The notes below the pieces were generated by a model. That model was given only the letters and a program-made list of their open reading frames with translations. It did not search any database and was not told the origin of the DNA. DNA of 64,000 nt from Octopus vulgaris (taxonomy: Eukaryota). The stretch spans positions 20,646,001 through 20,710,000 of the forward strand of contig OX597830.1 in NCBI GenBank assembly GCA_951406725.2, written 5' to 3'. A program made the position numbers and the translations under genes. Of the stretch, positions 55,480 through 64,000 are shown piece after piece; positions within the stretch are counted from its first letter, which is position 1, and each line of letters begins with the position of its first letter.

Positions 55480-55825
55480 CATGTACGTATGTATGTATGT
55501 ATGCATGTATGTATGCATGTATGTATGTATGCATGTATGTATGTATATACACAGAGGGAGAGAGAGAGAAGTGGCTACCTTGTGCGTGTGAGCACATTTG
55601 TGCATGTGTGTATGTATGCGTGTACATATATATATACATACATATATATACATATATATACACATATATATATATATACATATATATATACTTATATATA
55701 AATTTATATATACATAATATATAGACATGCATATATATATATATATATATATATGTTTGTGGGTATATATATATACATGCACACATACATATGTATACAT
55801 CCAAGCTTGCATATATGAATATATG

Positions 55826-55936
<111 letters not shown>

Positions 55937-56027
55937 TACATATATATTATGTATATATGTGTGTCTATATATACATACATGCATACATACATACATACAT
56001 ACATACATACATACATACATACATACA

Positions 56028-56058
<31 letters not shown>

Positions 56059-56935
56059 CGTAACCGGCTTCACGATTGAATCAACGGGCTCAAGTTCCTA
56101 CCCTTATTTACCTCAAGAATCAAATACCAACGGAAACTTGATGCTGTTGGCTGTTCTACGAATATCCGCAATCATTTCGAAGCGAAAACAACCGAGGAAA
56201 ATACGAAAGCATTGAAGAAAATAAAACGGATTAATTACGGTTAGTCTTCGCTAATGGTGCCATGTTACCTACGATTGTTGATTTTTTCGGATGGATTAGG
56301 CTGAACAGTTTAGTTTAATTACAATCTTCAAAAATTAGATTCTAACGTAGCTATTGATAATTAATACTGCGAGGCAGTTTCAAACGTAAATATCTAACCA
56401 CCGTTGGTTTTCGTCACCGACAAAACGTATCCTTCTCTTAGACTGAAGGTCTCCAACTGCTGCTCGGCGGACCGGTACCCAGGACCATGGAGCATTTGGG
56501 ACTAGGCTTCACAGAAAGAGTAAATGTTTATTTTTTTTTTTTTTTCTATTTTACTGAATATTGCAGGCCGCAGATCGTTTTTGCATTATACATGTATTAC
56601 ATATGTAATATATATTTATTCTTTTATTCTTTTATTTGTTTCAGTCATATGACTGCGGCCATGCTGGAGCACCGCCTTTAGTCGAGCAAATCGACCCCAG
56701 ACTTATTCTATGTAAGCCTAGTACTTACTCTATCGGTCTCTTTATATATATATATATATATATATATACAGAGAGGAGAGGGAGAAAGAGAGAGATAGAC
56801 AGACAGACAGACAGACATACAGACAGGCAGGCAAGCAGGCAGAGATGAAGCGTGTATTGGTTACGTATGGTGGCAGTGATGGCTTTAGGGTTAGAAAAGG
56901 AGTGGTTGTAGTGGTAGTGGTGTTGTTGTTGTTGG

Positions 56936-56966
<31 letters not shown>

Positions 56967-57373
56967 GGTGGTGGTGGTGGTAGTGCTGGTGGTGGTGGTG
57001 GTGGTGGTGGTGGTGGTGGTGGTGGTGGTGGTGGCAGCAATCGTTGTAGCGGTGGTAGCGACGGGGCGGTACACGTAAGGAAATATATAAAGCGATTAAA
57101 TCATCATCTCAGAGTTCAAGAGAGACACAAATTATGGAAGAAACAAAACAAAAACAAAAGAAGAACCGTGGACTTGTGACTGACCATTTGTCTGTTCGCC
57201 TGTCTTTGTGCCTGCCTGACTGCCTGCCTGCGGGTCTGCTTGCCCGCCTGCCTGCTTGTCTGTTCATCAGTAGGTTTGTCTGTGTACCTGCATCGCTATC
57301 AACCTCTGCGTATCGGTCAGTTTCTCGACCTCTGTCTATCGTCACATCTGAATATTTGATAGTCGGTGGTCTG

Positions 57374-57476
<103 letters not shown>

Positions 57477-57716
57477 GTCTGTCTGTCAATCTGTTTCACG
57501 TCTTATATATATTCATCTGGCTTTCTCTCTCTCTCCCGTCTCTCTCCCTCTCTTTTTATCTGACTACCTATCTGTCTAATTATCTGTCTGTTTGTCTGTC
57601 AGTATATTTATCTATCTATCTATCCATCCATCCATCTGTCTATCTATTTATTTGTCTGTCTATTGGTCTATCTATTTAAATTCCAAAATATATTTATCTG
57701 GCAGGTGGGCTGGTTC

Positions 57717-57790
<74 letters not shown>

Positions 57791-58139
57791 AATCTATCTA
57801 TCTATCTATCTATCCATCTATCTATCTATCTATCTATCTTTCTATTTATCTATTTTTCTATCTTATTGTCTATCATCTTATCCATCTATCTGTTTAACTG
57901 TCTGGTTGGTTGGCTTTCTGTCTATCATCGATCAATTTATGTCTATCAATCTCTTTGTCTTTTTGTTCATCGGGTGATATTACGTCCATCTCCGTAACTC
58001 ATCCCCATCCCCTCAGCCTCTCTTTCGCCCCACCTCTCCCTTATTGTCTCTACATCCCTACATTTGTCCATCTGCCGGTCAGCAGTTTATTTATCGCTCT
58101 CTTCACATCTTCTAACTTGAATCGTACTCTTTAATAATA

Positions 58140-58422
58140 TCTATATATATAAAAGAGAAGTTGTGTGTCTGTCTCCTACGATTTAGATTCCTAACTACTC
58201 CCACATTTTGCGGTGCAGTGTAACCAAAAGTCGTGATTCATATCGAGCCTTTCTGGGTATTAGCGCGCGTCTACGATGAGTCTACGATTTTTAAAAAAAT
58301 TTACTATCATTTTTTCCAATTTTTAATGCATTTTTGCTATAATATAAGGGAAGTAACTCTCTAAAAATGCTTATATAGTTATTTCCCTTACAAACCCGAG
58401 CAACGCCGGGCGATACTGCTAG
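58140..58422 (+). mobile_element. Non-autonomous Helitron
   Basis: 5' TCTATATATATAAAA, 3' hairpin CCCGAGCAACGCCGGG then CTAG. Inserted between A and T with no TSD. Confidence 0.85.
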
Positions 58423-58756
58423 TCTCACATAAATTTCTATATATTTGCAAAAATTATAAAAATCCGAATAGTTTAATCATTATTAGCATCTTGAGGCATG
58501 TTTCTGTCGCAAACATAGAGAATTGTTTGCTTGATGCTGGATTTTGTTCGGCAATATGGGAACAGCGTGTCTCGTCGGTGCTTGAGAGCTTACAAAGATA
58601 TTTACTATCTTTCGTATTATGCTAGAGGAACTAAATACTGTTTGTTTATACAAGACATTTATAACTTCTGTTTGACAGTTGAATTCGTTCAGAGCCTCTG
58701 TGGTGTAATCTATAACGTGGTCTTCTGATATATGAAAAAATAGCAGATGCATACAC

Positions 58757-59070
58757 TTTTACTTGCTTCAGTCATTTGACTGCGGCCATGCTGGAGCACC
58801 GCCTTTATAGTCGAGCAAACTGACCCCAGAGCTTATTCTTTGTAAGCCTAGTACTTATTCTATCGGTCTCTTTTGCCGAACTGCTAAGTTACGGGGACGT
58901 AAACACACTAGGATCCATGAAACTTAGCAGTTCGGCAAAAAAAAAACAGCGATAGATTAAGTTATAGGCTTACAAAGAATAAGTCCTGGGGTCGATTTCT
59001 TCGACTAAAAACCCTTTAAGGTGATGCTCCAGCATGGCCGCAGTCAAATGACTGAAACAAGAAAAAGAGT
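58757..59070. repeat. Foldback of two inverted SINE-B 3' halves
   Basis: Arms at ~58757-58890 and ~58921-59070 with a ~30-nt loop. Confidence 0.9.
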
Positions 59071-59175
59071 AAAGAAATAAAAGGATACATACAAACATAG
59101 ATACATACAAACATACATACATACATACATACATACATACATACATACATACATACATACATACATACATACATA

Positions 59176-59655
59176 AAGCTGAAGATCAGTGAAAAAGAGA
59201 ACGCCTATGCTGAACTACTGAGAAATCTGTAGTTACTCTATCCAGATTACAAGTTCAGGTTTATACCTGTAATTATTGGGGCTCTAGGATATGTAATACA
59301 CTGCCTAAATACCGATCTTGAAAAATTAGGCTTCTCAAAACCAGAACTAGAAAGCTAATTCGAAAACTACAGATCCAATCCATCACTGGAACTGTAAAAA
59401 TCTGTAAAACTTTCCAGAAGTTGATCATTTAAATATGTATGGACATGTCTAGATATGGAACTATATGCATGATAATACGTACATAAAACATACATACATA
59501 CATACATACATACATACATACATACATACATACATACATACATACATACATACCCTGTTGTTGATGTTGAAATTCCAGTGAAGGAACCTTGGATCTAGGT
59601 TAGAAACCGGTTCTTTCTCTATTGACTAGAAATCTTGAAATAAACTGAATAATGA
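59176..59655 (+). mobile_element. 3' end of a second RLE-type non-LTR family embedded in (CATA)n
   Basis: KLKISEKENAYAELLRNL*LLYPDYKFRFIPVIIGALGYV...GTVKICKTF (EK..Y and PVIIGALG are RLE C-terminal motifs). (CATA)n on both sides. Confidence 0.75.
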
Positions 59656-59717
59656 CATACATACATACATACAGATATCTTCATTCATATAAATACACGT
59701 TCTCTATATGTGTATGC

Positions 59718-59900
59718 ATATTATATTTCTCTTCTGCTCCAAAGGCATTTTCAATTTCTCCATTATTTTTTGGAATTACATTATCGTCTTTTGGGACTGT
59801 TACATTCACCAGGAAGTATCTCAATTTCTCCTGGTCCTTGACAACAACATCCGGTCGATTATACTCGTTCCTCCTGGATTTGTAAATTGGCTTATCCAAA
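59718..59900 (-). mobile_element. RLE endonuclease fragment
   Basis: DKPIY...NRPDVVVKDQEKLRYFLVNVTVPKDDNV. Confidence 0.7.
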
Positions 59901-60004
59901 AGTATGGCTGCTTTGTCTTTCTTAGATATCTTATTTTTCTTATTCTATTTTTAAGTTATTTATTCATTTCTTTATTTCATATATATATATATATATATAT
60001 TTCA

Positions 60005-60225
60005 GGCGCAGGAGTGGTTGTGTGGTAAGTAGCTTGCTTACCAACCACATGGTTCCGGGTTCAGTCCCACTTCCCCGTAACTTATCGGTTCGGCAAAAGA
60101 GACCGATAGAATAAGTACTTGGCTTGCAAAGAATAAGTCCTGGGGTCGATTTGCTCGACTAAATGCGGTGCTCCAGCATGGCCGCAGTCAAGTGACTGAA
60201 ACAAGTAAAAGAATAAAAGGATAAA
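60005..60225 (+). mobile_element. SINE group B with internal deletion
   Basis: The head joins directly to CCCCGTAACTTA in the 3' half. Confidence 0.85.
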
Positions 60226-60289
60226 AGAATATACACACACACACACATATATATATATTCATATTTATTTATAAATACATATATATTAA

Positions 60290-60369
<80 letters not shown>

Positions 60370-60472
60370 CATAGTGAATCCAAACAAACAAGAACAAACA
60401 TGAAAAAACAAAAACGTGAGGAAGCGGTACAAGTAATGTATTGTCAGACGCTCAGGAAACGGAAGAAAGAAG

Positions 60473-60507
60473 ATTTTACGTTTCGAACAAAGCTCTTCTT
60501 CAGAAAT
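60473..60507 (-). ncRNA. Minimal type-I hammerhead ribozyme with intact core (in element 60372-60573, family H2)
   Basis: ATTT-CTGAAGA-A-GAGC TTT GTTC-GAAAC-GTA-AAAT: stem I 4 bp, stem II 4 bp, palindromic ACGT stem III, GUA cleavage triplet. Confidence 0.7.
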
Positions 60508-60891
60508 AGAAAAAATTCTAAAGGATGGGAAGACGAAGGAAGAAAATCACCAACGATTTACATGTGGTCACATTGCTGTATATATATAACTATCTCTTTT
60601 TGTTGGTATGTTTTCGGGATTAGTTCTACGGCCACAACCGAGTAACTTTACTGACTTACCCGAAATATTTGTATGAAAACGAAGGAAATTATAAGCTTAC
60701 TCATATTTTCATCTGCTGTGTGCGGTTATTTTGCTAAGAACTCAGTTAAAGTGGCCACATACTTTCACACGTATATATGTTTTGCTTCCTTATATATTAA
60801 GAAGGCAATGGGCACAAAAGGAAGACAGTGCAGAAGGGACAATTTTTAATAAAGGTTGCATTTGTTTAACTCTTGAAAAGAAGGAAAATGA

Positions 60892-60927
60892 TCTCGACGT
60901 TTCAGACGCTAGTTATTCATCAGGAGA
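60892..60927 (-). ncRNA. Minimal hammerhead motif, intact core, decayed stem II
   Basis: TCTC-CTGATGA-ATAACTAGCGTCT-GAAAC-GTC-GAGA. Confidence 0.6.
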
Positions 60928-60999
60928 AAGAAGGAAGTCGTTTGGGAAAATGTACAAAGTGAGAAAAGCTGATAAGGTAAAAAAAAAATGCTATTCTTT

Positions 61000-61948
61000 A
61001 CTTTAATTTTTTCAGATATTTGCCATGTAAGGACAATTCTTGTTTTTGTTTTAGGATTCCATGGAAACCTAGAACATGCTTTTAGCTTCGTTTAGCTTTC
61101 ATGCGAATTCAATAGTTTTAGCTCTGAAGAAAATTCTCCCTTCCTTCACCTTATAAATATCTTTCGTTTTTCTTTTTTTTAACGCCTGTTTTGTGTTTGT
61201 TTGATTCCTCGAAGACAGAAAACAGTTGTTGTTGGTTTGTTTTTCGTTTGTATTTTGTTTTGTTTTGTGTTACGTTCATATTTTGTAGTCATTTGTATTA
61301 GTTTTCCGTTCTTCTTCACTAGTATCTCTGTTGTCCTGCAGTCGATATTATATAACCGTTTTATAGTTACTAAGCAACTACGAAGCTATTACATAATATC
61401 AACTAATGTCCACTGCATTCGTGTTTTTAATATGATCTTTCTTTATCTAATTTTCTGTGGTGTAGGCTAAATGCGGTCGGTATCCATGTTGTTTTATTTT
61501 TCTATCTACACTCTTGTTAATTGATTTAATGTCTAGTTAATAATATTATAACTACAATTTATAAATGGAACAGCTGATATATTGAAGCCGACAAATGCAT
61601 TTATTTATTTATTTATTTATTTATTCCTGAAATATTAATATAATGCGTCTATAGTTTTCCTTCTTAATCTTTATATTTTTTCATATGTGTATTGTCTTGT
61701 GTCAACTTTATTAAATCCTAAATGTTAGTAAGTCCGTGTTTTCATCCAATTCTCTTGTCTCTGTTTCTTTATCTAGCATGACATTACCATTCGTAATTAT
61801 TTTTCCTCGCTCCGAGATTATTTGGCGAAATTTTCTAATCTGAATATCGTATTAATTTTCCTTTGTATTGTCTGCAGCAGAGTTTCTAATTGTTTATTAA
61901 CTGCACCATACAACGTGTGGATGTATATTTACAAAAGATGATTGGTCA
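61000..61948 (-). mobile_element. Ancient R4/Dong-like reverse transcriptase fragment
   Basis: Broken translations in the expected order: NHLL..LYGAVNKQLETLLQTI, RGKIITNGNVMLDKETETRELDE, YRRIILI, VPFINCSYNIIN, DTDRI, LHGKY. Confidence 0.65.
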
Positions 61949-61959
61949 CATATAGAATT

Positions 61960-62528
<569 letters not shown>

Positions 62529-62600
62529 ATATATATATACTGTATATTGGTATTTGAGTACTCTTTTTTCCACCTTGTTTCACATTTATGTGTTTACTCC

Positions 62601-62732
<132 letters not shown>

Positions 62733-63206
62733 GAGCGTGGTTCTGCTCTGATTCTCCCGTTCCACGGTTCAATCTAATGTCTACAGTTACAGTTTTATTC
62801 TATACACTTCTTCCCTTTCCAGTATTTCTGACAGATACGGCAAGTCACTCTGTGATTTCCTCATCATGCCTTCATTAATATACAGTTTCCAGCAAGCTTT
62901 TCCCCGTCTCGATATTGTCTCTTATAAATAGTTTCTAAATCATTCCAATGAAAGGAGAATGCTTCACAGTTTGTCCGTAACGTTAATAACAATTTGGCGG
63001 CCTCTCGTTCGGGAGGATTTTTGTTAATGAGGTCACGGCCAGGGAAGAGGAGACAGAAGAGGGGGAACAAGGGGAGAATGGGGTCTACTTATGAGGTGTA
63101 CGAGAGGTGGTTTTTAATCATCTCTCTTTACTTTGCTGCTGCTGCTGCTACTGCTGCTATTTCTTCTTCTTCTTCTTCTTCTTCTTTTTCTTCTTCTTCT
63201 TCTTCT

Positions 63207-63253
<47 letters not shown>

Positions 63254-63417
63254 TTCTTCTATTACTACTACTACTACTACTACTACTTCTACTACTACTA
63301 CTATTACTACCACCACCAATACCGCCGCCGCCACTACCACCACCACTACTATTACGACGACGACAACAACGATCGCGATTATTACTACTACTATTACTTT
63401 TACTACGAAGAGAAAAG

Positions 63418-63586
<169 letters not shown>

Positions 63587-64000
63587 CAGCAGCAGCAGCA
63601 GCAGTAGTAGTAGAAGTTGTAGTAGTAGCAGCAGCAGCAGTAGTAGTAGTAGCAGCAGCAGCAGCAGTAGTAGTAGTGGTGGTGGTGGTGGTGGTGGAGG
63701 AGGAGGAGGAGGAGGAGGAGGAGGGGGAAAACGGTAACATTTGTGTGCTCCGGTGGAGTTGCTGATGGTTTAGTATTAAATGGAAACGTGGCAAACAGCA
63801 AAACAGGAGGAGGGTTATTCGTATTGTTGAGGGGGGAGGTTGTCGCGGGGATAATAGGGATCGAAACGACGGGGTTAGGGTGATGAGAGTGGCGGTGGTA
63901 GGAGAGGTGATGATGATGATGATGATGGTAGTGGTTGTGGTGGGAATATTGAATATATTGATGATGATGATGATGATGATGACGATGATGATGATGATGA

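Noticed and set aside
59565-59620. GAAACCGGT hammerhead-like motif
   Set aside because: No CTGANGA core. Better explained as a 3' UTR hairpin GAAGGAACC/GGTTCTTTC.
62780-63000. Possible LINE C-terminal relic (LLLTLRTN...CRIC)
   Set aside because: Too short and degenerate to assign by eye.

Overview
This is AT-rich eukaryotic DNA saturated with microsatellites. The SINE repertoire points to an octopus or other coleoid cephalopod genome (inference from recalled SINE families, not a database match). I can support no host protein-coding exon, and almost all ORFs in the track are simple-repeat artefacts. Supportable content: (1) one intact tRNA-Leu(TAG) at 33116-33197; (2) 5'-truncated non-LTR retrotransposon relics from the Tx1/L1, CR1, RTE and several restriction-like-endonuclease (R4/Dong-like) groups; (3) a Penelope-like GIY-YIG fragment; (4) three groups of tRNA-derived SINEs; (5) Helitron, hAT and Tc1-like MITEs; (6) many inverted repeats. 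Most notable observations: about ten minimal type-I hammerhead-ribozyme motifs in short (TA)n-associated elements, one with a fully canonical core (60473-60507); two apparent SINE-LINE partnerships visible as shared 3' stem-loop tails (SINE-A with Tx1, SINE-B with CR1); repeated SINE insertion at one site inside SINE heads with a 16-bp TSD; apparently microsatellite-specific retroelements; and a ~220-bp inverted repeat of non-SINE sequence that could form an ADAR substrate. Boundaries were read by eye and are approximate unless a motif is quoted.
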